Below, in pieces: positions 35,280 to 49,137 of a stretch of DNA of 64,000 nucleotides. Under the pieces are notes generated by a model. The model did not search any database, was not told the DNA's origin, and saw nothing but the letters and a program-made list of their open reading frames with translations. A program made the translations under genes and the position numbers. The DNA comes from Rhodosorus marinus CCMP1338 (taxonomy: Eukaryota > Plantae > Rhodophyta), in NCBI GenBank assembly GCA_029953675.1, contig JAMWBK010000006.1:310001-374000 (forward strand). The letters are read 5' to 3'. How positions within the stretch are numbered: the stretch's first letter is position 1; each line of letters begins with the position of its first letter.

Positions 35280-36076
35280 TTAGTCTCCTTTAGTTGTTTG
35301 TTCAACGGCATTCGTGTCTTGGGACGCCGCAGGTATGCTTGTTGGTGTTAGTTTCTGTATCACTTCTCTCCCGGTTCTGGTTTGGTTAAGGAAGGATATG
35401 TTTTCTTCTGTAAGGAGGATTCCCTGGAAAAGCTCAGTTCCGGCTGCAACGACGGTCTTATTCACTTCACCGAGGGATAAGAAGACCACCAACGGAAGCA
35501 GAAATGATTCGTTTTGCAGTGCTTTTTCTCTACTTAACCGATCTCGAAGTAATAATGCGAGGAGACCCAACGCTTTCGCTTGTACCTCGGGGTCCTCTTT
35601 TGTATCCACCAAAAAAGACATGAGGAACTCGAACACGTTGGAGTCTCTCAAAAGTTGAAGCTTGCCAGGCAGCGCAAATCTTGCAAACCTCTCTATCCTT
35701 GTCATGCCTTGAAGCTTCATCTTTGTGTTGTCGTATTTACTAAGAATCCTCATACCTGACTCGTACTGACTGTGAATCTGTCAACGTAACGATTAGCAGA
35801 AAAAGGAATTAGCACGACTTGACATCAGCCCGGCGGCGCACAAAAAATCTGCGGTTCACAAAAATCACGACGATCAGTAGTCAGTAGTCAGTTCCTCACC
35901 CATCTGATCGTCGAAAAAGTGGCAGTTAAAGTGACAACAACCGCGCAAATCTTGATGTAAGTCCGTCTCTTGAAAGCTCCAACCATCGGCTCCTTTCTTG
36001 GCAAGGAAGTCATCTTCTCCTTTTGCGCTTCCGCGACAATCCTTCTCACCCGTGCTTGTGCCCTAGCTGTAGACAT
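35280..36076 (-). CDS. Uncharacterised protein with one TM segment and ARM/HEAT-like helices, 1 intron
   Basis: Exon 1 MSTARAQARVRR...IKICAVVVTLTATFSTIRW, donor GTGAGG, branch CTAAT and acceptor GACAG, then IHSQYESGMRILSKY...VQAKALGLLALLL. Confidence 0.65.
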
Positions 36077-36699
36077 CGCTCTTCAATTTATCCAGTTCGT
36101 CACATCTCACATCTCAAACTTCACAAATGTTTCTGAACCAGGCACCCCTACTGCCTACCTATATCACAAATTCTGTCAAACCGTCGCAAAGAAACTCCTC
36201 CGGACATTGGACTGAGTTTTATTCGACTAATAAAGACACTTTCTCATTCAGTCCCTATCTATATGGCATGGGAGGAGAGCTTAGCTCTTCTTGGTGAGTG
36301 TTGGTCAGCGATGATGAGGTGCACGAGCTTGTTGCCAACAAATCGCGTTGTAAATTAGCATGTGGTACGGAGGGTACTGCTGGTTAAGTCCTTGGAACTA
36401 CGATCACATCTACGCGGAAGCGAGTGCATGGGACCGTTGTGGATCGACTTTGCCTGGGTTTGAAGCAAACTAATGGAACGAAGAGATCTCTCCGACTGCA
36501 GCGTACAAGTTGGAGAGCGCTATTTCGAGGTAATCGATCTCCTACAGAACGAAAGGGCTCAGCTTTCTGTCGTATTTAGTTGGTACAAGATGTCTTACAA
36601 GTCAATAGGCAATGCCCAGCTGCGCACTGTGGCTTCACATATTTTCGATCTGTGCATTCCGGCATACTTTGGTATTTGATACTTCTTCTTCAGTTAGAT

Positions 36700-38817
36700 T
36701 CATTGCACGTCATCTTTTGACATGGGTGCTGATGAGGTCGCCTCTAGCCTTTCCAGTCTTCTCCGACGAATTGTTTCAGGATCTTCTGTCTCGGTAGCCA
36801 CGCTGCCAGATTGAGGAGCATTTCTTTCGGGCTCCGGCAAGGATGCGAGATCTTTAGGTTGCAACGGAGGAGGTTGTTCAGATGCGGATCCACTAAGCGA
36901 CGACTCCGCGACGTCATCCTTGATCACATTTTCCGGTGTGTTCGGATCAGTGAGAGGCGTGTCCTCCGCTGCCAATTCGGTAACCACTTCTTCTGATCCT
37001 GCAACTTCGGCCTCGGCCTCTTCGCGATCCAATTCATCTTGCTGTGCAAGTGTCGCCTCAATTACCAAGTCGCGAATCTCAAGCCTTAGTTCCTCTAATT
37101 GCTCTTGGACCCTGAGAAGGCGGTCAAGTGGCAATGCTTTCGACATATTGGCAACTTCCACATCGTCATGATACGGTGGACCTGACCCACTCGCACCTGC
37201 ACCGGACCCGGAGCCAGCCGCACCATCGCGCGCTCCTTCTCCTGAAACCACGCCCCGTTCCACACTCCCAGGTTGATCGGCCGCACCTTCCGCAGGTTCT
37301 CCGGCTCCATTGTTCTCTTCCTGCTCTGCTCCAGCACGACGTCGTGCTCGGTATCGGCGCCTGAGTCCACGAACAAACCCATTGGCTCCCCCTTCTCGTG
37401 GATTTTCTTGTCCAGTGTTGTTCTGGTTCAAGTTCACGTCGACACCGGTTCTGCAAGTAGGGCAGTTCAACTGGATTAAGTGAACAGGAAATCACTTCAT
37501 TAGCAAACCCGTTGACCTCGGGGAAAGGAAGCGGCGTTGTTGCAGTGCACGTACTTGGCGTTTCAGCCAGCCTTGCAGGCATTGCCTGTGGAAAATATGT
37601 CCGCACGTCAATTTCTTCGCCCCTGGTTGCATTACGTCTCTGCAAATAATGCAGATGCCATCTCCAGATGCCAAGTCTTCTTCAGTCGCATCCTCAAAGA
37701 GTTCGTTCATCGTGGACATGACTCTTCGGTACCTCTTGAAATCCGAATATCGCTTCCAAAACTTTGTAAACGTCAACCAGATGTCTCTAATGATATGGAA
37801 CGGCAGGGTGTACTTTGCTTGGACGTAGAGGAAGAACAGCAAATACACGATAAGCTGCAGTAGATCCGACAGTAGCTCATTGTAGAAAGAGAACATGCCC
37901 TTGGACTCCCACGCCCCTTCGAAGTATAGATCGGCAGAGAGGAATATATACCGAACCACATTCGACAGAAGCGATATCATCAACACCGCGAACTGTCCGG
38001 AAAGACGGGGAAAACGGTACTCTTGAGTACATCAGTCATCTCCTCCACGACTTGACCGGGGTCCATGACTCACCTCGAACGCGAAAAGAACAAGCATCGA
38101 AGGGCCGTTGTGTATTGTGTAACTCGCGCAGGCTACCAACAGGTGCACGTCGAAGAAGAACAGAATAACCATCAGGGATACGAGTCGCCCATGCTGGAGC
38201 AAGGGAGAATTCGGCTGCTCCTCCATCTACGCGTTTGACAAGAACAAGGGGTCTTGGTATGAACACACTCGAACTCAGAGGTCTTGTCCAGCCAAGTCCG
38301 TCAACACTGTACTACTTACGTATTCAACACGGTCCTTGCTTAACCAATGGAAAATCTTCAAGAACAGGAGGATAGTGAACATTCCCACAAACTTGGCGTT
38401 GAACTCTTCCCGGAAAACCGTCATAGCCATGCAAGTCTCGATCACAGCCTCCCTTATACGTATGTGTAATCGCTCGATTTCTCGTAGTCGAAGGGTTCCA
38501 AGACAAAGACGTTGAAGAATCTTTCCTATTAATAAGATCAGCGCCAGAAGCAAGTTTCCACACGCCTGAGATCACAAAAACCGTCGGAAGGACGCTTAGT
38601 CGACATTGAAGAAAAACCCTCCGATCCAGACCTACATGCTAAGCAAAACCCGATCTTGAGAAACAAGAGCAAAGAACCGTACCAACAGTGCAACTTTCGA
38701 GTTGTGAAGATACACAATTGAAGGATAGAAATATTTCTTCACGTGAGCCGCATGAGCAACGACTCCACTCGCAAGCAGGACGCTCACGATCACGTAGGAC
38801 CTAAAGTTGTTGAACAT
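36700..38817 (-). CDS. HRD1: ERAD E3 ubiquitin ligase HRD1/synoviolin, multi-exon
   Basis: YFYPSIVYLHNSK, LGTLRLREIERL, ETCMAMTVFREEF, KIFHWLSKDRVEY, WESKGMFSFYNEL, RING-H2 [33 protein letters not shown], acidic disordered tail. Confidence 0.93.
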
Positions 38818-40419
38818 GTTGGGTCCCCAACCGGCGCACCGTACCCCTCCGTTCCCGCCAGAAGACGAGTAGGACGAACAAAAAACCACAAAAGGGAGCG
38901 GAAAACAAGCAACCCAGACGAAAACGGGCAACCTAATTTTCCCCCTCACGATCAATTTCACGGCAACGTCCAAAGCAACACCTGAAACTCCCTCAGTGCC
39001 CGAAAAGCACCATCTCTTCCCACCTTGAAAAAAAAATTGCACACCCTACGCAAAAACTCCCAAAAACAACTCCAAGATTCTCTAGGCACAACAACAAACA
39101 AATGCACAAGACTCTAAAGAATCTTCTCTCACAAGAGCAAGAGAAAGGAAAACAACACCCAAAGACATCACACTCTTTCCTCCTCCCTCTCCTGCCCTTC
39201 TCTACAACTCCACCCAACACATCTAACAACAAACCTTCATAACGTTTTCCCCATCTCAAAATCAGAAGCGTCTTCCATCTGGATGTAGAACTCTGTTCAA
39301 CGCCCTCAAGAGTTTGCTGTCAAGATTTCTGAAAGAAATCGCTAAAACCTCATAAACAAGTTTCTGCTTAAAAACCTCTAAATATCAATCATTTAGAAGA
39401 TCTGACTTAATCAATCCTCATAATAATGATTGATACGAAATCTATTTCTCAAATATTGACTGCATTTTCGGACTGAATCTAGTCATAGAAGTAGGCGTAT
39501 AATTGATTAATAATTCAAAAAACAATTTAATGGAGGGATGTATATATCGAATACGGTTTATATTTTCGGATAGGAGAGGATTTCAATCATCTTATTGCCA
39601 TGTTGATTAGAGGGATGTCTGGCGTGTTGGCCTGACGGTGATCGGTTTTCTGGCAGACGCTCGCGTACCGGATTGAGCTCTTGCGAAACAGCTCAAGTTG
39701 GTTCGTCTTCCTGAACCATCTATACGAGACTGGACGTGATGTCCACGAAAACAAGCACGCCGCGTTTTTGTACAACTCCTTTCTCACTATCTCTTGTACT
39801 GACCTCCGTTGGCAGGAGCCTTTGGGGTAACCCCACTACGACCGCCGGATTCTTCCCGGGGCGATTCTATTGCAAGTCATCCGAACAGGACAGGGCCGTT
39901 TCCGGCATCCGCGAGCCCTCCGACCAACTGGCGGATCTGGTCACTACTGGCTGGGTTTCAAAAACGTTATGCTCACCACGCCTCTGGGGGCAGCCTAGTC
40001 TCATCGTATTCGTTATCCTCCGAATCAAAAGTTCATCAGGATCATCCTCGGAGAAGACCTAGCGATGGGTCTACAGGTAACCAAATGATGCGAAGCTCGT
40101 GAAGCTCGCACGAAGCATTCAGTGAGATCCGAACTCACCATCATCTGTGCACGAAGGCAAGCCTACTCAAAAAAATTTAAAAATAACGGACTTCTGCTGA
40201 TGTCAGAAATTCCGGAGGAGGAACCTTTAGGGCATTGGACGGGGAGTTCTCTGGACTCAATTGAACAAATTTTGATATACAATCGATCAGCAGACAACCT
40301 TGAAGATTGAAAGAAGTTCAAAAAGATGGTAAAGTGGTGAAATCAGAGTTTGCTGTTGGAGGCTTGACGAATTTTTTTCTGGTATCTGGTTTCTGCCGGT
40401 CCAGAGCTCTGGAGTGAGT

Positions 40420-43400
40420 ATGGACTTGGCAGCGAATATGAAGCAGTCCAGAACTCAGTCTTTGAAAAAGTCGAGTTCGTTGGATGAGGATGGACTAGGG
40501 CAGCCTGTGTCTGGAGGGAGCGGTGACAGGACACGTGCCTTGGTGGGCATTCTCGATGAGTCCAGCCGTATTGGTGGTCGACAGCATCGGCGGCGTGTCT
40601 CGGAAGACTCAAGAGGGGGCTCGAGAGCTCCATCGTCCGTGACGAATTTCGAAGACGTCATTTTCGTGGACATGTTTGACTCCTCACACCTTGTCAGCTC
40701 ACCCGCGGAGCAGAACGATCTCTCACGCCTTTCATCAAAAGCGTCCAGCATGTTCAACATCGCTTTTGAAAGTGGCTCTAACCAGCAGCGTCTCAAGCGG
40801 CGGGAACGAAGGCTCAGTATGGAGGTAGAAACACGAAAATCAGGTTCCACAAACAGCTTTCGGCGATTGTTGAGCAGATTTGACCGCCCACCAACCCTCA
40901 AGAGCCGCGCTTGGGAGTGGAAGAGACCCATAGATGAAGACTCTATCCAGCCCGTCGGAGCGCTGCTCTACCTTGCTATCATCGGTTGGCTCACTTTCGC
41001 GATCTGCTTTTCGGTCTCCTTCGTGACTGATGCTCTGGATACACGTATCAAGGAACTAGAATTCCAGAGCGTGGTCGTACTGAGATCAATTGCTGCTGTA
41101 GGCGCGTTTCTGATACCTTCGTACTTCTCTGAATATGCCATTGGAAGCGGAATTCCGGAGCTCAAATGTATTCTCAGTGGCTCCTTCCTCCCGCACTCCC
41201 TTTCTCCCTCCACAATCGGGACTCGCGTGGCCGGACTTACCCTAGCGCTTGTCTCTGGTAAACAAGTCGGACACCAACCCACAAGAGCATGGCAGAAAGA
41301 AAACAAGAGCAAAGAGCTGAAGGATTTGTATGTCTACTTCCTCCGCCTTTCAGGCCTGAGCGTGGGAAGGCTGGGTCCATTTATGCACATAGCGGCCGGA
41401 ATTGCATCAACTATCGCACGACTGAATATATTCCCTTCCTTGTCTAGCAGCGCAAAGTACCAGGTCAGCCTCTAATCCAGACTCTGATCTAGTCGATGGC
41501 TAGAAGGGTCGTGTTCTCTGCTGAGTGTGCTTCATCTTTAACAACCCACTAGGTCCAGGCAATAAGTGCTGCAACAGCTGCCGGAGTTGGTGCGACACTT
41601 GGATCACCAGTTGGAGGTACCCTTATGAGTATTGAGCTTATGAGCTCCTACTACTTTGTCCATTGGCTTCCTATGGCCCTCTACTGTTCAGTGATGGGGT
41701 ACGCTGATGAAGAATGATGAGTTGCTAGGAGGTTTGAGTATGTGATCTGACGTTTATCTGATCATGCCCTTTGAAGCTACATTCTCGCGGTTTCAGTGAT
41801 CAGAATGGATGAGAAACCCTTCTTCAACACCAACGTGCATGCAGAACTTCATGACAGCGCGTTCTCGCGCTTGATATCCTACGTCGTTCTCGGATGTGTT
41901 TGCGGTGTCGTTGGGCACTTGCTTGTGAAGTTCACGTCCTCATCAGTAAGTGGGCTTTTTTTCCTCCAGCCATGATTTCTTGGGATAACTCTGGGTTAGC
42001 ACGATGAAAAGATTCTTGTCCATGGACAGCGCAGCACGCGCAGTTATCTGCAGTTGGCTTCTTCGGATGCCGTTATCCTCTCGCGCACAAGTCACTGAGC
42101 TTGTGGCATGTGTCGCATTCATATGTTTCGGACAGATAGCCTTCCGGTCAAAATATTTACCGACGAAGAAGAGGAGCCTGTGCGTCGCCCTCGTTTTGTG
42201 CTTCACAATTGTGCATAACTTGATTTGCCACAATTTGGGGGGACTGCTTTGGGCTTCTCAGCGCAAGGTATGCATCGCAGGCGGAAGAATGTATGCATTC
42301 AGATGGTTTCGAGGCTGTTGGATGAAGCGCTTAATGCCTGTTTAAACTTGGTGATCAGGGCGTACGAACCGTTTTCACGGCAGGATTGGATAATCTACCC
42401 GTCTGGAAGGCGCTGCAAGATACTGGACTAACACGAGGGCAGCAGAGCATAGTGACATTGGGTATCTTCGTAGTGACAAAGTTTATCCTAACTGGTCTGG
42501 TAAGTAATATTCATCGCGGCTTAGAAACCACGTTTTTCTGGAAGCCTGACCAGTCTCGCAAGCCCGTCATGTGCGTCGAATCAATTCCCTGCAGACGCTA
42601 GCCTTGCCCGTTCCTGCAGGAACCTTTGGTCCTATTTTCGAGGTTGGCGCACTTCTCGGCGCTTTTGTTGGCGCTCTGGCCAAGTTACTACCTCTTTTAT
42701 CAGTCTTTGATACTAGAGTTTATGCAGTAAGCGTTTAGCACCCTGTTGCTCTGAAGGTATTTCTACGTGTGGTATGCGTCTGACCTGTTCGGTATCCTCA
42801 TTAACGTCGCTTACTCAAGATCGCTGGAGCGGCTGCTTTGCCAACTGGTGTAATGCATACGATTTCCATCGCCGTTGTGATGCTGGTGAGTCGATTGTGC
42901 CAAGTCCCTGCACTGCCGCTTTTCTAAGGTGCTCCAGTAGCGGCTAAGTTGCTGCTTGTGACTTTCCGGAATTCCTCAGGAGCTAGTCGGGGACTCTGTA
43001 AATATACTTCCAGTTGCACTTGCGTGCCTGAGCTCCTATTTTACGTCAAAGCTACTCACGGCAGATCTGTTCTCGGTGATCATTAAGCGCAGACTGTTGC
43101 CACTGGTTATTGGACTTCGTGAATCGCATGAGGTTGAGAGGGAGAAATGGAGATCGGAGATCGCAGGTAAGCACTCGATACGTAGACTCTTCCTCCTTAT
43201 CCCGGGGAGTATGAGATTCCGGTTCACCCACTTCACAAACGGACGTTGATGACTGTTTTCATCTCAGGAACTGCTGCGAAAGAAATCATGGTTACCGACT
43301 ATCCGTACGTTACCCGGAGGAGCTCTAGAGCCACGGTCCAGGCTCTGCTGACCAGGACAGGGTGGACGGTTTGCGCGTTTCTCTCCGATGAGGAATCGCG

Positions 43401-44043
43401 CTTTTTGCTTGGAGTTATCTCACGCTCAGCAATCGAAGACAGCCTCCGGGTAGGTTGAAACTCATCTGGTGAAGGATCATAGCCGCTCGCTCTTCGCTAG
43501 TACTTAGGAGAACGCCCATTTTGCTCTCGTGAATGCAGTCTCGAACCGAAAAGTATGGAGGCCTTGTTACTTCAGGAGTCAAGTTCCTAGAAGAATATGA
43601 TCAGAAGACCGGACATGCCTTTGTCGACCCCGCACCATTGCAGCTCCCTTCCAACACCCCATATTGGAAGGTTGCTACATATTTTCAGATGCTGGTATGG
43701 CAGCCTCACCAAAGCAAACAAAAGGAAATTGTCGTATGCAAACTGCCGAGTGATACATGTAGGACTAACAGCTACGAGAAACTCTTTTTAGGGGGTTGCT
43801 TTTGTCTTTGTTGTTCAGGATGGTCATTGCGAAGGCATGATCACGAAAGGAACGCTGATCTCATACAACCATCGCTTTCATGATATCAACGAAGCACCGA
43901 TTGCTGACGACCATCCCGCTGAGGACGTGATTCTTGGCGAGGCTATTGATAAGTATTTCCAGGACAGCAGCCCTCGGTATAGAAAAACGCCCGACCAGCA
44001 CCCGTGCGAACCGACTGAAACTTCCCAGTTGATCCCAACCTAA
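40420..44043 (+). CDS. CLC: CLC-family anion channel with CBS domains, multi-exon
   Basis: GSGIPELKCIL, GRLGPFMHI, GSPVGGTLMSIEL, PVPAGTFGPIFEVGALLG, TGVMHTISIAVVML, ELVG..ILPV, CBS regions (AKEIMVTD; VDPAPLQL..WKVATYFQML). Long disordered N-terminus. Confidence 0.93.
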
Positions 44044-44233
44044 CTGTGCCTCAGCTCGTTGGGATCGTGTAGATCCGTGGCAATCAAGAGAACCTGTAGA
44101 GTTGTAAAATAATGGCTTTTGATTGTTCTATGTCGAAGATCTCATAACAAGCAGTATCAACTCAATTTTTGTACACGAGGTTGAATAAGAAAGTCGACGT
44201 CTTTCGGCTGGGGTTGGACACAGAAACGGCAAG

Positions 44234-45684
44234 CTATTCCCGTCCTTTTTGTGGAACTGGACCGCTGGCAAGAGTAAGAAAAGAAGCAAAGGCCCGATAC
44301 AGGTTGAACACGTTGCGGAAGAACTCGAGATCTGGTATCGGTATCTGCTTGTTTGCATGACCCAAAAGTGGACTCGTGTCGACGCTTGCAGGCTGGTTTG
44401 CGGCGACAAACCTATCGAAAGAAGAGTCCGGAAACGATCAGCACTCGACAAAGCTTTTTCATGTCTCTGGCAGGTGCTCACTTTTCATATAGAGCCAGTG
44501 ACTCGCCAGGGGCAACCACGTCATCATCAAGTCCGTGCACAAACACGGTGAGATTTGTCATGATCTTCGACACATGGTTTTCTGGAGATAGATAGCTCAT
44601 TCGAGCTTTTACTTTTGGCCACAAGTTCTCCACAACTTTCCGTCGCATCTCTTCATCGAACATCAGCTTATCATACTTCTCCGCTGCGTTTGGATAGAGT
44701 TGCATCTTTTTCTTCAGCAGCTCCGTGTGAATGCTATGGGTTTCGTTGTGGTTGTCTGTTATTCTTGCGTAGAAGAGCTCTCGCATTTCGGGGTCTTCCC
44801 CTTGATACAAATCGTAGAAGTTGTAGAACATGCTGTTGCGACCTGTGCTGTCGTATCAGAATAATACTCAGCGATGAACGTTGTGTTTAGCTGTTTACAA
44901 AAGCTAGCCTTCAAGGAAGACCCTACCGTAGTCATCTTCCTGGTCCCCTAGCATGTGTACCATCACGACATTCTCAGCGTTCCCATACGCGCCAATGCAG
45001 AGCAAAGATCGGTAGAAATGTTTCGTCGCTGCAATCAGCGCAAAACCTGCCGAAATGCACACGGAAATCACGGAGAGCTCTCCATCTGGACAGATATCCT
45101 GCCTCCGCTCAACTGCTTCCGAGAAGCTTACCAGGTCATCGATCTACGTGAGCATCTTCAAGTTAAGCCAAGAATGCCTAGCCGAGGTTTTTGACGCTTC
45201 AAATACCTGAACTTTCGATATCTCAATGTTACGATATCTTTTCGAAGATGGGACGATGGCTACATATCCACTGCCAGCGAGGGCCTTCGAAAGCTGCGCT
45301 ACCCTGATGTCATCTTCCCCGGAAGGAGAAAGGCCGGGCAAAACCAGGATGACTCCACAGGGCTTCCCAAAGAAGGGAGTGTAAACCTACGTGGAAAACA
45401 AGCACCAGACACACGTAAACATGTGATTCCACGAATGGCTCCAACTGGAAGCGCTGTGACCCATTTGAACGCCGGCGATTACTCACCATCGCTTTTACAT
45501 CCCCGATCTCCTCGCTTCGACAATTAACGCCTCCATAAATATCCAACATAAGCCTCAACAAAAATACAAGAGCTCTCAGAAAACCTACTATTCTGTCCCA
45601 AATCGAGTACAGCGACAAGACTTTGCTGTTCGTCCGGGAGACTGCTTCAACCGTCTCCCGTCTGGGCAACTCCGCACTGCCCAT
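44234..45684 (-). CDS. Alpha/beta-hydrolase-fold protein, bacterial-like, multi-exon
   Basis: GVILVLPGLSPSGEDDIRVAQLSKALAGSGYVAIVP (oxyanion-hole region), VISVCISAGFALIAA (nucleophile elbow), VHGLDDDVVAPGES (acid), SPLLGH (His). N-terminal hydrophobic segment. Canonical introns keep the frame where checked. Confidence 0.75.
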
Positions 45685-46891
45685 CTCGACCAAACCAGCA
45701 AAGCGACAAATCTTCAGATCCAAAGCTCTAATTTCAATGTAAACCAGTTCAAAATCTAGTCAAGGCTGTAAAGCTTCGTAGTTTACAAGCACATCAGCTC
45801 CTCGTCCTCCCCAGCTTTGCCCCCTCATACCTTCTAGCCCAATAGCACCAACTTCCGAACGCAAAATACATTGACCTATTTGGCAACAGTATAACAATAA
45901 AATTTTCCAATCCAAATTTCGACTTCTCATAATACACAAAAATATCTGAAATAATATTCATGAATCAGCAAGTGGGAATCTCCCAAAGTACCCAATCAAC
46001 AGCTTAAGCAATACCACCATCACTTGAATAGATATAAATAAACCCAATTCAATTAATTATTATCCAATGAATAGTTATTTTTCAGAACAAGGCGTTTCAC
46101 TATTCACCGCATCCGAATAACCTTCCTTAATTGGTCAATAGTAGCGGCTTTTTCAGTTTTTATTTTATTTCTTCTTTTCATTGATATATTTATTATAATT
46201 CATAAATATTTACCCAGTATCCTCGAATTGAGTGAAATGGACTAACCTGGCCGGGCTGATCGCTCCTCACGTAAGAGCATCTGCTTGGATGAGAGTGAGC
46301 ATGGCACGTCACTTTGTCTTTTCGGACAACTGTGGCAGTCTCGCTTGACTCCTACGTAGTCACCTCTGTGTGACTGTCGACGGCTTAATTTCTATTTCGG
46401 ATATGTAGATATGCGTAGTAATTTCGAGTTTTGAGCGAGAAGACAATAATAATTGATTTTTATTGGTAGATGGAGTATCAGTATTAAATTATTTTTGAAA
46501 TCTATTTCTCTGATCGCGCACTGTAGTGTTTACGAAAGCCAAGCTTTTGCTTCTCGGGTGAGGAAGGAGCACCCTAAAAGCTTGATTGTCACTTGTCGGA
46601 ATACATTCAGTCTCTCTGACGTATATATCAGTGCGCGACAAAGCACTATCAGGGATCTACATTAGTACTAGCGAACCTATTTACTTGCAACCGTCCCCGA
46701 AGGTGGGCAAATTAACCGGCCTCCACCCCTCCCCCAACCCCCGCCACTCACGAATGTGATCTGCACCCCATCATCCCGCGATCTTGGGAATTTTTCAGTG
46801 CTGAACTGAGCTGAGATCCGTGTCCAAATCGCATTCGGTCATCGGTGGCATCATCGTCTGGTTCTAGTCAATTTGTGGTTGGAGTCTAAAT

Positions 46892-47989
46892 CTACAAGTG
46901 CTCCAACTTCTTGGCCACTCGTCCGTTGAAGTTCCTCGCTATCATTTTGGTTAGCTCACCCGGCGTGTGTGAGATGGTGCCGTCGTCAATTTTGACCACC
47001 GGAAGAACTCCACGCGAGGTGCTGGAAACGAAAGCTTCATCGAGTAGTCGCAGGTCTTCAGCTTTGACCGGTTGTCGGACAAGGGGGATATCAAGATCAG
47101 AAACGGACTCGAGAATGAGCGACCTGGTGATACCGGGCAACACTCCCTCTTCCGCGGTAAACACCGTACCATTCTTGACTCCAAAGAAGTTGCTGCTTAA
47201 GCCTTCCAGTGCATCTCCATCATCGCCTGCCAAAAGATAATACTCAGACAAAAAACTTTGACGGATTTGCCCAATTCAAGCTACTATGGGTTTGTGAGAG
47301 GGTCGCAATGGAATAGTCTTGAAGATGAGCTCACTGATCATTAGGACTTCATTCACCCGTCCGCCTATAACCTTTCGTTCCTCCTCCGACTCGGTGATAA
47401 AGGCGTTACTCTTCGCCTTCGGATTGTTACGGTGTTTGGTTCTAGAGACCAAGAAGACGCCATCTTCATAATCCTGTTTGGAGGGAGGAGCAAGGGGAGC
47501 TGCCGAAAGCCAAATTTCCCCTGGTCTGTCCTGCACTCCTATGGTGATACGGAAGATCGTTTGGTCTGAGGGCACAGCTCTAGCCCGATCTCCTAGCAAC
47601 CTGCGAAGTTCACTCCGGTGGAGAGCTACATGGTGACCTGTGGGCACAGAACTCATTTTAGCGGCTCTCGTTCTCTTCTATCCTTTCTCCTGTATTTTAT
47701 ACCACTTACCTAAAAGCTCTGTCGTCTCCTCAAGTCGATCGAAGTGTCCGTCCAGCTCCAAGAAACTGGATTTTCCATACGTTCGCAGGGACGTATAAGC
47801 TCCCTCGGGAAGCATATTCGTTGCCTCCTGCATGGATTCCGTGATAACCGGATCCCCAGCAATCCATCTGCCGCTAGCGGTGGACACCTTCCACGACGTA
47901 CAAGACTTAGTTATCGTTGATGAACTCATGCTCATCATAACCCCACTTCTCCTCGGCAGGCGAATCAACGTCTGGAAAGCAGTGGTCAT
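46892..47989 (-). CDS. PLP-dependent aminotransferase class IV (D-amino acid/branched-chain aminotransferase or ADC-lyase-like), organelle-targeted, 2 introns
   Basis: GAYTSLRTY, HFDRL, RNNPKAKS (PLP Lys), NEVLM, EGLSSNFF, VLPGITRSLIL, DEAFVSSTSRGVLPVVKID; leader MTTAFQ. Confidence 0.9.
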
Positions 47990-49137
47990 TCTATACCCTC
48001 AGGGCAACTCTCACATGCGCCACAATCTCGATCGCAACTCTGGTCGCATGAAAACTATGACACAGAAGACTTATCTCCTTCGCCTAGGTCCCAACTGAGA
48101 CACCTCACAGCCTTCCTAAACCGCTGAGCAAGGGTTTGTTCTTATCCACAAGTCGCCGTCCTCATGGCGATCGTTTCAGCAGGTGACCATTGGGGACGTG
48201 AGTTCGCGATACGTTCCCACATCCGTTGGAGTAGATGTGCAGACAGTTTTTCCAAAGGAAATTTGATCGCGGCGAACACATGTCTTCCTCGCCGTCGCTA
48301 GTCAGAACTGCTGAACACGGAAGTGAAGGAATGGCCGCCTTGACTTTCTGCAAGAACTCAGCACTCTTTGGGGATCACAGTGAGTGTAATAAAGTAGAAA
48401 AGAACCTCTGTACTAGCGACCGGGGGTCCGCTTTGTCGCTTATTGGTGGGGGACCAGCTTATTCAAGTGGCCACCGACATAGCCTAATCGCGGACCTTCA
48501 CAAGGCATGAAAAAAGCTCCTTATTCGCACTCCACAACCCTTCAACCAATGACTCCAACGGTCTTTTTTAAGCAAGTGCAGGCACGCTTCTACTGGCTTC
48601 GCTAAGCAATTGAACCTTATTCAATAGCACGGTTGGAATGCTTGGATAGCAGGCCTAGGATCGAGAATCAGGTTTGACGTCATCATCTCCAAAACAAGCG
48701 AACCTGCGGACTGTCCCAATAGCACTGTGACCTCGAAACAAGTACGGAGTCTTTGCGCTCTTTTCGACCAGACCAAAAAACGTTTCTCAAAGGAAGCAAT
48801 TACTCGATTTATGAGCTCAAACTAACATTTTGCCGTTAGGATCATCTTCATCGGCAGGAGCAAGCACTCCCAGTACTAGTACATCGTCAAGACCATCCTG
48901 TTGGTGTGGATGAGTAGGGTTGCGGGAAGCACGCGTGTAGCTTCGTTTACGGAGCCTATTCAGTGAGAGGTCGTGGTCGTCGTCTTCAGTCAAAAGGCAT
49001 TGAATTGGGTAACGATTTGTGTGTGATCTTTTTGGGTGCGTTTACCCCTTCGCGTTTCAGGAAGTCTAGGCCTTTATAGAGAGGACGTTTTAGCTTCTCG
49101 TTTGGCTGGGTCTTTGGTGTTTTGTTGTTTCGCCAAG

